DNA of 63,126 bases, the filler included, from Octopus bimaculoides (Eukaryota): assembly GCF_001194135.2 (NCBI RefSeq). It is 12 parts of 12 records of this genome, joined end to end, with 100 filler letters (N's around TTAATTAATTAA, not from the genome) between each part and the next. Parts side by side here need not be neighbours in the genome. Positions count along the whole stretch, not along the records: positions 31,686 to 37,387 come from NC_068998.1; positions 37,488 to 41,305 come from NC_069002.1; positions 41,406 to 48,924 come from NC_068983.1; positions 49,025 to 53,468 come from NC_068984.1; 8 more parts are not named here. One strand, given 5' to 3'. Made by a program: the position numbers and the translations under genes. Below the pieces are notes generated by a model that saw only the letters and a program-made list of their open reading frames with translations, was not told the DNA's origin and did no database searches. This document shows positions 36,281-49,345 of the stretch, one piece after another; positions within the stretch are counted from its first letter, which is position 1, and each line of letters begins with the position of its first letter.

Positions 36281-37387
36281 CCTAAAGTTCGGAGGTCGTG
36301 CTTCACCACCTCATCCCAGGTCTTCCTGGGCCTGCCTCTTCCACGGGTTCCCTCAACCGCTAGGGTGTGGCACTTTTTCACACAGATATCATCATCCATT
36401 CTCGCCACATGTCCATACCAGCACAATCGTCTCTCTTGCACACCACAACTGATGCTTCTTAGGTTCAACTTTTCTCTCAAGATACTTACACTCTGTCGGG
36501 TATGCATACTGACATTACTCATCCATCGGAGCATTCTGGCTTCATTCCTTGCGAGCTTACGCATGTCCTCAGCAGTGAAGGCCCATGTTTCACTGCCATG
36601 TAGCATTGCTGTTCGTACACATGCTTCATACAGTCTGCCTTTTACTCTGAGCGAGAGGCCCTTTGTCGCCAGCAGAGGTAAGAACTCTCTGAACTTTGCC
36701 CAGGCTATTCTTATTCTAGCAGCTACACTTTCAGCGCACCCACCACCACTACTAACTTGGTCACCCAGATAGTGGAAGCTATCAACTACCTCTAGTTTTT
36801 CTCCCTGGAATGAGACAGAAGTTGTTTTCTGCATATTTTCAGTGTTTATTGCACTTAAACATCTGCCACATCCAAAAGCTAACTTCCTAGTTAACCTGCC
36901 TTTCATATTGCTGCACCTCTTATGTGTCCATAGCTTGCACTGGGTACATCTTATAGAGTTTCTACCTACACCTTTTCTAAAGATCGAGCAGGGCCATCTA
37001 CCTGAAGGGGTCTGTGTTTTGTCTACCTTCCTACTTATTAGAACTTTGGTTTTAGCTAAGTTGACTCTAAGGCCCTCCGATTCTAGTCCCTGCTTCTACA
37101 CCTGAAACCTCTCCTCTAGTTCTGATAGTGACTCAGCAATTAGTTCAAGGTCATCAGCATAGAGGAGCTCCCAGCGGCATCCTGTCTTGAATTCCTCAGT
37201 TATCGCCTGGAGGACAATGATAAATAGGAGGGGGCTGAGGACAGAACCTTGGTAGACCCCTACCTCTACCCGGAATTCTTCACTGTACTCATTGCCAACC
37301 CTCACCTTACTGACAGCGTCTCTGTACATGGCTCGCACAGCTCTCACTAACCATTCTTCTATCCCTAGTTTCCTCATTGACCACCAG
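36281..37387 (-). mobile_element. RTE-clade LINE ORF2 (RT core to C-terminus), young: one premature stop over 1.1 kb
   Basis: GVYQGSVLSPLLFI, ELLYADD, VDSFHYLG, MLHGSETW, GRGRPRKTWDEVV; TGG>TAG at about 37096; both ends lie in gaps. Confidence 0.95.
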
Positions 37388-37487
37388 NNNNNNNNNNNNN
37401 NNNNNNNNNNNNNNNNNNNNNNNNNNNNNNNTTAATTAATTAANNNNNNNNNNNNNNNNNNNNNNNNNNNNNNNNNNNNNNNNNNNN

Positions 37488-37835
37488 CACCACCACCACC
37501 ACCACCACCACCACCACCACCACCACATCCATCACCACTACCACCACCACCGCCACCATCATCACTATCATCGCTGTTAACAGAGCCATTATCTCCTACG
37601 TTGTTACAACCGCTACTGCAACTACGACCATCAAACTCCATCGCCTCCAATTCATCATCATCATTATCATCATCATCATTATCATCATCATCATCATTAT
37701 CATCATCATCATTACCCTCCTCCTTCTTCTCCTCCTCCTCCTCCTCCTCCACATCATCATCATCATTACAGTTAGATGAGTATAAGTATGCACATATGAG
37801 CACACGTACTCAATACTCTCTATCTTTCTATCTAT

Positions 37836-37914
<79 letters not shown>

Positions 37915-37925
37915 TCTATCCATCT
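37488..37925. repeat. Compound triplet (ACC/ATC/TCC) and (TATC)n low-complexity block
   Basis: Direct reading. Confidence 0.9.
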
Positions 37926-38637
37926 AGCGGCATACACACACAAACACACACACACACGCACACACACACACGCACTCATATATCTAGGTCACGTAATACA
38001 AAATTGCATACATACACGCATGCACAACATGTATGTGTATGTATGTATGTATGTTTGTATGTATGTATGTATGTTTATATGTATGTATATGTATGTATGC
38101 ACGTATGTATGTATCTATATATATGTATGTATGCATGTATGTGTGTATGCATGAATATATATGTATGTATGTATATATCTATAAATAGAGAGATGGATTG
38201 AGATATAAATATGTATGTATGAATGGAAGTATATTTCTTTCCACATATAAAAGACACGCATATATAAGGTGTGTGTGTGTGTGTGTTTCTGTGCGTATGT
38301 GTGTGTGTTTGTAAATACAGACACAACATGGTCGAATGGTTTGCAACTTCGCTTCGCGATAACGAGATTCTGAGTTCGATACTAACATGCGGCTTACCTA
38401 ACAAGTTTCTTTTACCATTTCCTCCGGATCTCGTCGGATGGAAAGCAGCGGTAATTCGCAAGATACAGACTTTCTACACTATCTGACACGGTGATGCTAT
38501 CCCAAGATTACATAACGGGTAGACAAGTACTCGAGTAGAGTAACATGTGTTTGTGCACAGATTAAACATTCGGTCTATAATTCGCCGCTGAGATAATTTA
38601 ATTGAACGGAAAACTGCAGAATCGTCATCGTCGAAAC

Positions 38638-39531
38638 CGACAGCAAACCAAAAGAAACCGGAATTTTGCAATATTATATTATTCACTGAGTTTTACGTGT
38701 TTACACTTTATCGCCTTCAAAGTGTTCTCCATTTGAAGCAATGCATCGGTCAAGAAGTGATTTCCAGTTTTCGAAGAAGTGATGGAACTCTTGCGAAGTG
38801 ATACCTTTTATCCCCTCCATCCCTTTTTTTTCCGTCACCTCTTCCACATCTGGAAATTCCGTTGCACCAGCTTTCGTTACATGTGATGAGCTTCAAAAAA
38901 CTTCCAACTGTTCTTTCAGTTCACGACACACATTCTGTCGTGACGGCTTTTCATCTTCTGTGAGCAAGCGAGGCACAAATTTTGCTCCAACTCATTTCAT
39001 TCGCAATTCCTTGCTTGAAATTCGTTAGCAGGAGCTCCAGGACACACCAGTCATATCAACAAGTTCAACAATTGTTTGGCGACGGTACTCCAAGATCAGT
39101 TTATGAATTTTCGTGATGCTTTCAATTCGTTCTGGAGGTCGACGGCCATCCTGAACTAGGTTGGTCTTCAAGCGACAAGTGACCATTTCTAAAACGTGGA
39201 AACCACTCGTAAGTTTGTGTTTTGCTCATGATAGGGTCCTTGTAAGCTGTTTGAAACATGACAGCTGTTTCGGCAACCGTTTTCCCGAGCAGAAAACAGA
39301 ATTTCATGGAAGCACACTATTCCTTCATTTAAGCCATCGTAAAAATCGACGAACATGGGAGAAGCACTACAAACCAAAGACGCACCATGTTGCAGTACGA
39401 CACCAAAAGACGACGACGGTCGGCAGACAGATGCCTCCATGAGTCGCATCAAGTGGCTTCCAGCGGCAGAAATCTGAACTACAAAGGGCTTGTCTCAGAG
39501 AACGTTTCCGGTTACTTTTGGCTACCCTTCG
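38638..39531 (-). mobile_element. Internally deleted mariner element with both TIRs
   Basis: N-terminus KFCFLLGKTVAET..EWFPRFRNG..EDQPSSGWPST; FVPRLL; LITCNESW joined directly to C-terminal FPDVEEV..DRCIASNGEHFEGD; TIRs 38638-38663 and 39506-39531 (20/26), TA on the right. Confidence 0.88.
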
Positions 39532-39601
39532 TATAAATATATATACTTACCGCCACCTCAACATCTCTATTCTGTAAGAACCAACGTTAATACCCTTTTA
39601 A

Positions 39602-39730
39602 CCTCAGGAAGAGCTTCTCCCACCTGGTTATCGATGCAGTCTGCACCAGATATATATTACAAGTAGGGGTGCAAACTTCCACCATTTTCCAGTGACGGGA
39701 TAACCAGCTGGAAGAGGCGTCTTCTTAGGG
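39602..39730. mobile_element. 129-bp piggyBac-type MITE
   Basis: TTAA at 39598-39601 and 39731-39734; about 32-bp imperfect TIRs CCTCAGGAAGAGCTTCTCCCACCTGGTTATC / GATAACCAGCTGGAAGAGGCGTCTTCTTAGGG. Confidence 0.75.
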
Positions 39731-41024
39731 TTAAAATGAAAGTAACGTCGGTTCCTTCTTACAGAAATCGTCGACCTCACTATGCCCGATGAGCAAGATT
39801 TCAGTAAGATGCCCGCGAAATTTTAAGACGATTCAAACTGTTTTAAATGATTAAGTTTTAAATGATTAAGTTTTAAAGTCTTACTAATGTTCAAATCTGT
39901 TGAGTGCCTCTTTCTTTTCATTTGTCCACTCACTCATATATATATATGTATGCATGTATATATATATATATATATATACATATATATNNNNNNNNNNNNN
40001 NNNNNNNNNNNNNNNNNNNNNNNNNNNNNNNNNNNNNNNNNNNNNNNNNNNNNNNNNNNNNNNNNNNNNNNNNNNNNNNNNNNNNNNNNNNNNNNNNNNN
40101 NNNNNNNNNNNNNNNNNNNNNNNNNNNNNNNNNNNNNNNNNNNNNNNNNNNNNNNNNNNNNNNNNNNNNNNNNNNNNNNNNNNNNNNNNNNNNNNNNNNN
40201 NNNNNNNNNNNNNNNNNNNNNNNNNNNNNNNNNNNNNNNNNNNNNNNNNNNNNNNNNNNNNNNNNNNNNNNNNNNNNNNNNNNNNNNNNNNNNNNNNNNN
40301 NNNNNNNNNNNNNNNNNNNNNNNNNNNNNNNNNNNNNNNNNNNNNNNNNNNNNNNNNNNNNNNNNNNNNNNNNNNNNNNNNNNNNNNNNNNNNNNNNNNN
40401 NNNNNNNNNNNNNNNNNNNNNNNNNNNNNNNNNNNNNNNNNNNNNNNNNNNNNNNNNNNNNNNNNNNNNNNNNNNNNNNNNNNNNNNNNNNNNNNNNNNN
40501 NNNNNAGAGGGAGGGAGAGAGAGAGAGGGAGGGAGAGAGAGAGATGTGGGTGTATGTGTATTTATGAATACCCAGGCATATACGCACATTTACATATATA
40601 CATATGTAGGTATATAAAAATATATATTTATCTTTGCATCTATATATGTCCACACGCATACATATACCCACATAAATATACAAAATGAATATACATAAAT
40701 AAATTGTTATATACAATAGATATAACACAATTTTTTTTTATAAATACATAATTATGTTTGTGGGATATTAAGCATACGATTGTTTTGTTGGTATCATTAT
40801 AGAGTAAATCGCTCTCCCTCCCTCTCTCTCTTTCTTCCTCTATTTCTCTCCACACACATACACTCACGTTCATCAACAGAAGCGCACATACACAACGTAT
40901 ACACACCACATACACACACACATACCTGCGGTAATTGCGTCATGGTAATGTTGTATAGATTCCTTCCTATAATATAATTAAGTCCACTTATATCTTGATG
41001 TGCGTATTAATATATCAAATAACA

Positions 41025-41068
<44 letters not shown>

Positions 41069-41749
41069 TATTTATTCGAAACGTGTCAGTAATGGACGTA
41101 CGCATACATACGTACCTGAATATACACGGACTCACGCATGCGCTCACACACAGTGACAGACACACTAACGCCCACCCCACCCACACACTTATACACCCGT
41201 ATACTTAACTTTCTCTCTGCAGATGCTTATATAAATGAAAATCTATAGAGAAGAAATTTTTTGGTAGACACTAATATATGTACATATGTATGTATGTGTA
41301 TATATNNNNNNNNNNNNNNNNNNNNNNNNNNNNNNNNNNNNNNNNNNNNTTAATTAATTAANNNNNNNNNNNNNNNNNNNNNNNNNNNNNNNNNNNNNNN
41401 NNNNNACAGAGGAAGAACAAGAGGGGTAAGGCGAGATACGTAGTAGTACAGAGGAAGAACGAGGGGGGGAGAAAGGAAAGAGAAAGAGATAGAGTAGCGT
41501 CGGAGGATAAGTTTACGAACTACTTACAATTTTTGTGAGACGCTGCGTTCAATCATGTAAAAACAAAAGTAAATGAGTATATGCATATATACGTACAGGT
41601 ATGTGCATACCGACATCCACCTGTATGTATAGGTGCATATATATATATATTATGATATTTTACTGTATTCTCTGGACGGTTGCTGGTGTTTTATTATCCT
41701 TTAAGTACAAATTTATAAATGTATTGCCATAAAAGCTTCTTACTATTTC

Positions 41750-44200
41750 CATTTTATTAATTCAGATTATAAAATTATGTGTTGGCAGCGCTAGGCATTG
41801 ATATGTAGCAATACAGGATCATTACCAGTTCAAATATGCATGGGTCATATTCGAAAATCATTCCCAGTGTTTAACCATTCCGAAACACTTTCATCACCGT
41901 GTAGATCGGTGGGAGTGAGAGCTGATTTTAGGCGTAATTACACTATCCGTTTACAAGCAGAAAATTGTGTCCGTAAGAAAACACAGTGAATGGGTTTATT
42001 ACGGGTTCGAATATGTCCCAAGCGTATTTAAAATAGAAATAACCTTGTACTGAAATTATGAAATATCTAGAGCAGAGCAGTGATGGCAGATTTTGCAGCT
42101 CTGAGTGTCAGACAATTGTATTTTGTAAAATATTTTTTTTATTGGACTGTCACTTTAATGTACGTATGTATTTTACTTTTAGAACCAGTGAATCATTTGT
42201 GCAGCAGTCGAATGAACATGTGCAATGACGACGTTCATATCATGAAATATCTCTGGAAGTGTAGTGGTGGCAAATATTTTCTGCCCTAAGGGTCAACATG
42301 ATTTTCAATTTGTAAATAATTTTCTGATTGAAATGTAACACGTATACATCTACTTTGGTTTCCGGCAAATGCTTAGATAAATTTTGTCTGTTTGTCATCA
42401 TGCATTAATAAAATTAGAAGTAGAATTATATAATATCTTTGTATATTAAAATACATTCACAAAATTAGGATCACCAGACAAATGTTTAAAAATAGCAAAA
42501 TAAACTTTCTGGTTTCTGGAATTGGTTGCCCTATGAGTGAGGGGAAACTGATAACCCGTTATATTTTCCCCATTAGATTTTATATTACTGCTTCTTACAT
42601 TTTATACATTATAATGATATAAAATCCTATAGAGGATAATACATTCCATAGATTTTTTCTAAAGTCGGTCACGAATATTTTTGGAAAAATATTTAGAGCA
42701 GTAAAATTTTCAAAAATTTAGATTCATATGGCATAGTTTCACAATCTAAGGTTTTCTCCTCCATGTTCATACTTGAGTTCTACTAAAATTTCTGTAAATG
42801 TAATAATATTTTTCTTCAACATAACAATGGATTTAAGTACCCAATGACTTTTTATATTCAAAGCTATAATTACATCGAACATGGAAACAGTAAAATATGT
42901 TTCAGCAGGATTTCATAAGTTGCATTGATTTTGTCGATTCTGCGAATTACATTTATTTGAGAGAAATCTCTTCAACTGTAGCCCTTAGAAATTCTATAAA
43001 ATATTTTGCCTGTTCTTCAGCATTCTTACAGTTGGTTAATTCGTTAGATTTCTTTATCCTGAGGAATCTCTTAAATCTTTACGTTCTCAGTCACGTTGAA
43101 ATATGCTGAGTTCACTTTCTAAACAGCTAATCCACATCATAATTTATCTACAACGTTTCAGTTTTATATAACGTTCATTCAAATTAAAAAGAATATTCAT
43201 TAAAATAATGATTACTGAACCAGAAATTAAAACAAATAATCAGTGATAAATGAAGCTCCATACTTGTTATATTTAAAAATAATTCCCCTTAAAAATTCAA
43301 AAAATCTTTGAAGTGGTTGGACAGATTTTCTAATTCATACCGTATTTTAGATTTTCATAAGAATGATAATGATCACAACTTGTGATGTTGGTAGCTGACA
43401 AACTTGAATTCATTCTAATACCTTTTTCTCTGTATTTTCTAAAGATCTGGGATCCGTCTAACAGACTTCGTACTATTCCCAGAATAATTTATAATATCAC
43501 TAAGCATTTGGTGATGGAAGTATTTAAGCTCTTCACAATCAACACGAAATTTAAACTGAAACCGCATTACCTCCTTCACAATTTCAAATCGTTTCTTTTA
43601 ATAAGAAATTGGTTTTCTTTTCTTCTGCTTTAAGAACGAAATTGTCTGGCTAAGGAATGTTGAGATTCTAATGTTGGGAAATTTTATCAGAGGTCATGCT
43701 AGTCAGTTGTCTTTACATTGCTTGCACATAAGTGTTACTTCGATAACTAGCGACTTCGCTTCCTATTGTTTTGCTTTTCAATATATACGCTGTTGCTTTA
43801 GCTAATAAGACATAACAAGAGTAAAGGCGTTTAAGAAACGCATGAGCCGTTTTTAGACGTATTGCCTTTGAATTCTTAATCCAATAACCGTTTAGTTTGT
43901 CGAAATAGGTGTTTTCCTGATCTTTTGTTCTTGATTTTTATCGGTTTCTGAACCATTTCCTACTTTCTAATTTAATATGCAGTTTCGAATTGGACGAATT
44001 TGCTCACTTTCCATCCTTATCAAAAATCCACTGTCATTTTTTTAACGTTACGAATATATTTTCTATATCACATTCCTCACATTTATTTAAAAAAAAAAAA
44101 ACTTTTTATTTTATTTTGAAAGAGATAATTTCCTGAGATTCTTCTCAACAAACATTTAGGTTTTCGCTGGTTTTGCAGTAACCCTTTTTTTGTGTTGGTA
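41750..44200 (-). mobile_element. Possible ancient L1-type ORF2 relic
   Basis: Weak resemblance only: SRKWF..ENTYFDKLNG..FLKRLYS (linker-like, about 43730-43990) and FQYKVISIL..LCFL..KHW (C-terminal-like, about 41850-42060); many stops. Confidence 0.3.
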
Positions 44201-45000
44201 CGTTACTATTTCAGCACCTCATACATTCTCCCAACACTTTGTCATTTACCTTTTACGTATAATTGGATTACAAACTGACATTTCTAATGATCGAAATTTA
44301 ATAATCACATACAGTACTCTTTTAATTTTATCATTATTAATACATGAAGGTTCAGAAGCAATTCCACGGTATAAATCAGCACATATGTAAGTATATTGAA
44401 CATAAACAAGGAGATTAGAAACTTTTCTTCATATTTTATGATATTGCTTATTTATCTGCTTGTAAAATATGATGTGTTTTAAAGTTTAATGAAACAAAAA
44501 CAAAATTAATTAAATCTATAATAATCGCTTATATATATTAAGTGTTTATCCTGTACAATTTTTTTAAATACCTGTCCCAATGCCTTACCTATTGCCAGAG
44601 CTTTGGACAGTCTTACCTGGATTGAAATTGTTCGAAAATGAAATGGAAGTTGGAATCATGTAAGGACAGCGCCATGCAAGATATTACGCAGCTCATTTCT
44701 TTTTGAGCAATTGTTATTGAAGTGACATCAATGCAATTATTTTAGCGGAGGTCATATATTATATGCCGTACATGTTCATTTTTTGTAAAAGAATCCTTTT
44801 CATTCTTTTCCTTTCAGTTATTTTTTAGCTGTAGTTGTCTATATTTTAGAAACAAATGTTTCGATTGAAGATACGATAAGTAAATGCATGCGTTATGTGA
44901 GGCTATTTCAACAAGTGAAAGTATATAAACAGATTATACTCGACCCTGGTCAAACACCGAAAAGGCTCAGTTCTTGCTATTTACCAATAAAGAATATTTA

Positions 45001-45135
45001 CAGTTCTATATTTAAGAGATGAGGAATTCTGTATTTTATTTACATTATTTAGATTCGACCGATATTTGTCCTCATCTTGTTTGTTGTTAACACAACGTTT
45101 CGGCTGATATACCCTCCAGCTTTCTTCAATATATT
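45001..45135 (-). mobile_element. Penelope-like terminal repeat with a degenerate copy of the 52885-52930 hammerhead
   Basis: GCTGGAGGGTATATCAGCCGAAACGTTGTGTTAACAACAAACAAGATGAGGACAAATA is shared with 52858-52916; core is mutated. Confidence 0.7.
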
Positions 45136-47159
45136 CCACTTGAAACCACCTATGTGTTGATGAAGGGGCTATCAAGTGATTCCTTAACCTGCTAGAAATA
45201 GCAGTCAGATCTCTCTTTCAAATATTCTCTGCAGTCTTAAGGAAAAAAAGACAAAAACGAAACATTGAATAATATATCATTACTACACTGTAGATGAGTA
45301 AGTAAATAGTCGGAATAGTGGGGGGGGGGACTTAATCAGATTTACTCAACCAGAATTGATCTGGATTAATCAAATAGAAAAGTCTGCATATCTATCTCCA
45401 AATCATTTTCCATTTAAAACAATCTATGTTGCGTTCATTTGTTAAACTTTTGCAGCTTTCACTTTGAATTCCATTGTTATTAATATCAGATTATATAGAG
45501 AAGACAAGCGCCTGAAGCATCAACTTGGAGAGTAACCAAGTCAACATTTCCTTCTTCCATTTTAAGGATGGAGCAAGTAAGGTCTATCTTTTCATTATTT
45601 TACATCATATGATGTAGATAAAGACAAAATACTGAAGACTGTAAGACAATCTAGTAGATAAACGATAAAATTATAAATACAATAGCAAAAGATGGTACGC
45701 TCCTTAACTTTTGACACCTGGACCCAATTTATATTGCCTACATATTTTGATTTGTATTCTCCAACCAATATATTTATTGAAAACCGCTCATCACATATTA
45801 AAAACAACTTATGAATTAAAATATATCAACTTAAAATTCACCATAATCATACATACATGATGACATCTTGTCTTTAAAAAAAAGGAGAAAACACGAAACT
45901 ACATATTGCAATTTGGTATTTTTCTTAGAAATACAAACACCTACACAATGATGACAAATGTACATAATGCACATTAGTCAACCACTGTTTCCTCAATTTG
46001 AGTTAGATTGCTTTGCAGTCAGTTACTTTAACATGAAATGTAAATGAATCTATTTCTACACACACGTCTATCTTCTTAACATCTTCACACAAAGAAACCA
46101 GTCTCTGCAAGAAATTTCAAGAAATTTCAAAAATGTGTAAGTTGTATTGAATTTGTCAATTCTGTCAATTACGTACATTTGAAAGGAAACTATACAATTC
46201 TAGCCCTTAGAAATTCTATAAACTATTTTGTGCGTTTTTTAACATTATTACTATTCTTTGCTTCAATATATGTCTTTGCCCTTGCAAATCACTTGAAATC
46301 TTTACTTTCTAAGTCATATTCGCTGAGTTCACTTCCAAAACACTTGAGGAATCAACAGATCTCGTCAATAGATTTCCCACAACGTTTCATTTTAATGTAA
46401 ATTCCATTGAATTGAAATGGACTTTTAGTAAACTGATGTTATGTTAACTGTGCCAGGAAAACCCGTTTATCTGTGAGAAATTAAGCTCCATATGTGTAAC
46501 ATATGAAACTGATTGCACTTAATATTTCAACAAACTATTCAAGTATTTGACCATTGTTCAACAATCATAAACTATTATATAATACTAAACGAACATAAAA
46601 ATTATTCAACTTCAATTAAAAGTACATTGCATCTTCGATTACGTAAAGCCTAGCAGTTATAGAATTAAATGGAGGTTTTGTGTACAGAACTCTCTGGTTT
46701 GTAACAGAGTCAAAAGAAATGACGAAAAAGCATTCCTTGTAGTATTAGATGTAAACAAGAATACTTTTGGAAAATTTACTATTTCATTACGTAATTCTTT
46801 GGCAACGTCGATACTCATGTCAGTTTACCGTATGGTGTGGATAAGTTTCTCCATCTTCATCAGCATTTCAGTAAAAGAATTACAAAAAAGATCAAGCACT
46901 AATAGATAACTAAGCTGATGATGAAATGTTGGTACTTTCATGAGGACAAATGTGAAGAGTAAAGGTATAATCGATTTCCTATACTGGCATCAATATCATA
47001 ACACACTTTTAGCAGTATATTTGCTTGTTGATAATTTATATACAACATTCCATATTTTAAATCATCCTGATTAAAATGGTGGGTATTAAGGTAAACTTAC
47101 ATCAAAAATCAGATTATGTATACAAAAATCAACACCTCTTAGGAATTTTCGAAATACTT

Positions 47160-48213
47160 TCGAAAAGAGGACGGGAATTGGTATGTTGTTAAGGTTATGT
47201 AAGGGAAGAGGAGAATAGCCTGGTTTACATGTCAAGGGGTGCAAAGACGAAATGATTGAAGCAGTGAAAATGCAGGGATTAAAAGTGAACGAAGCTGTAG
47301 ATCCAACACGATTTAAGAAACATCAGAGAGAGTAGATGAAGAAAGTTTGGCAAGACAAGAAAATGCACTGTCAGTTCTTGAAGAATAAGGATGATATTGA
47401 TTGGATTAGGACCTGGCAATGGCTGCAAAAAAAGAGACTTATAAGAGCCCACTGAGCTATTAGTGTGCAGTGCTCAAAAACAATCTCTCAGAACAAACTA
47501 CTCCAAATATCACATTTGATAAAATAACAGACTCACCACAGTTTAGGATGTGCTCTGAGAAGGGAGGAAGTATAAGCCATATTATTAGTGATTGTTGTAA
47601 TCTCGCACAACGTGAATACAAGAAGAGACATGGCAATGTGGCCAGATATGTCCACTGGCTGTTGTGCGGGAAAGCAAACCTCGAGAGTGCTGAGCAATGG
47701 TATGCACACAATGCTGACGGAGTAATGGAAAACACACATTACAAAATACTCTGGGATTATAAAAGGCAGTGCAACCAAGCCATAGAGGCGAGACGACCAT
47801 ATATCGTGCTCATCCATAAAGACGAAAAATAAATAAAGGTAATTGATGTTGCAATACCAGGTGATTTGAAGATGAAATATAAGGAAACAGAAAAGATCGA
47901 GAAATACAATCCAATGCAGGACGAGATAAGAAAGTTATAGGGTATGAAGAAAGTAATAATGATAGCGGTGGTAATTATAACATTAAGAGCTATTTCCGAG
48001 GGCTTTGGAAAACATATTAAGAATATTGGATCTGCTGTCAGTCTCGAGATGATCCAGAAGGCAGCATTGTTGGATAGAGCTCGTATTCTAAGGAGGTTAT
48101 TGTATGTTTCAGTCTCAGTAGAAGGCACTGTTTGAAGCGTTTGGTAATTTGTTATTGCCTGCTTTCAAGTAAAGAATAATTGGTAATTAAGGACTGTCCG
48201 AGAGTCTTTCAGA

Positions 48214-48217
<4 letters not shown>
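47160..48217 (+). mobile_element. R4/Dong-like RLE non-LTR retrotransposon, 3' part (copy 1) ending in (TAA)18
   Basis: CSEKGGSISHIISDC..YKKRHGNVARYVHW..ILWDY..ARRPYIVL..VIDVAIP..EKIEKY: zinc knuckle plus PD-(D/E)xK-type RLE. Confidence 0.85.
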
Positions 48218-48271
<54 letters not shown>

Positions 48272-48273
<2 letters not shown>

Positions 48274-48924
48274 TTATATGCAAAAAACGACAAAGAGTTA
48301 GAAACACTACTACAGACAGTACACGGCTTTACTAAGGAAATAGATATGAAATTCGGATTACAAAAATGTGCCAAAGCAACACTGAAAAGAGGAAAATTAG
48401 TTAAAAGTAGCAATATAACACTAGATAAAGCCAATGAAATAAGAGAACTAGACGAAAGCCAACCATATAAGTATTTATGAGTCAATGAACTAGATAGGAT
48501 ACAACATACACAAATGAAAGAAAAAATAAAGAAAGAGTACTATAGAGTACTATATTAAAAACAGAGCTCAATGCTAAAAACAAGATAATGGGTATCAACA
48601 CTTTAGCTGTCCCAGTTATAAGCTACAGCTACAACATCCTTAACTGGACACTAAACGAACTATGTAAAATAGACAGGAAAATAAGAAAAATAATGACAGG
48701 ATATAGGATGCTCCACCCAATATCTGACATAGAAAGGCTATATATACAACGCACAGAAGGTGGCAGGGGTTTATACAGCTAGAAAACTATTATAAAATAA
48801 CCACCATAGGACTGCAAAAATACCTACTCCAGAAGCAAGGGAAACTAATACAAATAGCCACAAAACACGAGCAAAACAAAAACTGTTTTCAGTATTTAAG
48901 GAAGCTGATAAATACAAACAAGAA
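48272..48924 (+). mobile_element. R4/Dong-like copy 2, 5'-truncated in the RT, starting directly after (TAA)n
   Basis: KLYAKNDKEL..MKFGLQKCAK..YKYL..INTLAVPVISYS..IERLYIQRTEGGRGL. Confidence 0.88.
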
Positions 48925-49024
48925 NNNNNNNNNNNNNNNNNNNNNNNNNNNNNNNNNNNNNNNNNNNNTTAATTAATTAANNNNNNNNNNNNNNNNNNNN
49001 NNNNNNNNNNNNNNNNNNNNNNNN

Positions 49025-49345
49025 CGTGAAATTAACGTGCAAGTGACTGAGCACTCCACAGACACGTGTACCCTTAACGTAGTTCTCAGGGATATTCAGC
49101 GTGACACAGTGTGACAAGGCTGGCCCTTTGAAATACAGGTACAACAGAAACAGGAAGAAAGAAGTGAGAGAAATTTGTGGTGAAAGAGTACAGCAGGGTT
49201 CGCCACTATCCCCTGCTGGAGCCTCGTGGAGCTTTAGGTGTTTTCACCCAATAAACACTCACAACGCCCGGTCTGGGAATCGAAACCGCGATCCTATGAC
49301 CGCGAGTTCGCTGCCCTAACCACTGGGCCATTGCGCCTCCACTGT
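49025..49345 (-). mobile_element. tRNA-derived SINE family 4
   Basis: Head GGAGGCGCAATGGCCCAGTGGTTAGGGCAGCG (A box) ... GGTTTCGATTCCC (B box); no tRNA acceptor stem. Confidence 0.8.

Noticed and set aside
39785-39830. CCGAUGA..GCGAAA string; also GCUGAUGAUGAAA..UUUCAUGAG at about 46913
   Set aside because: Core mismatches and no closing stems
49270-49345. tRNA-like sequence; also the SINE1 and SINE2 heads
   Set aside because: A/B boxes only, no cloverleaf acceptor stem, followed by a SINE body
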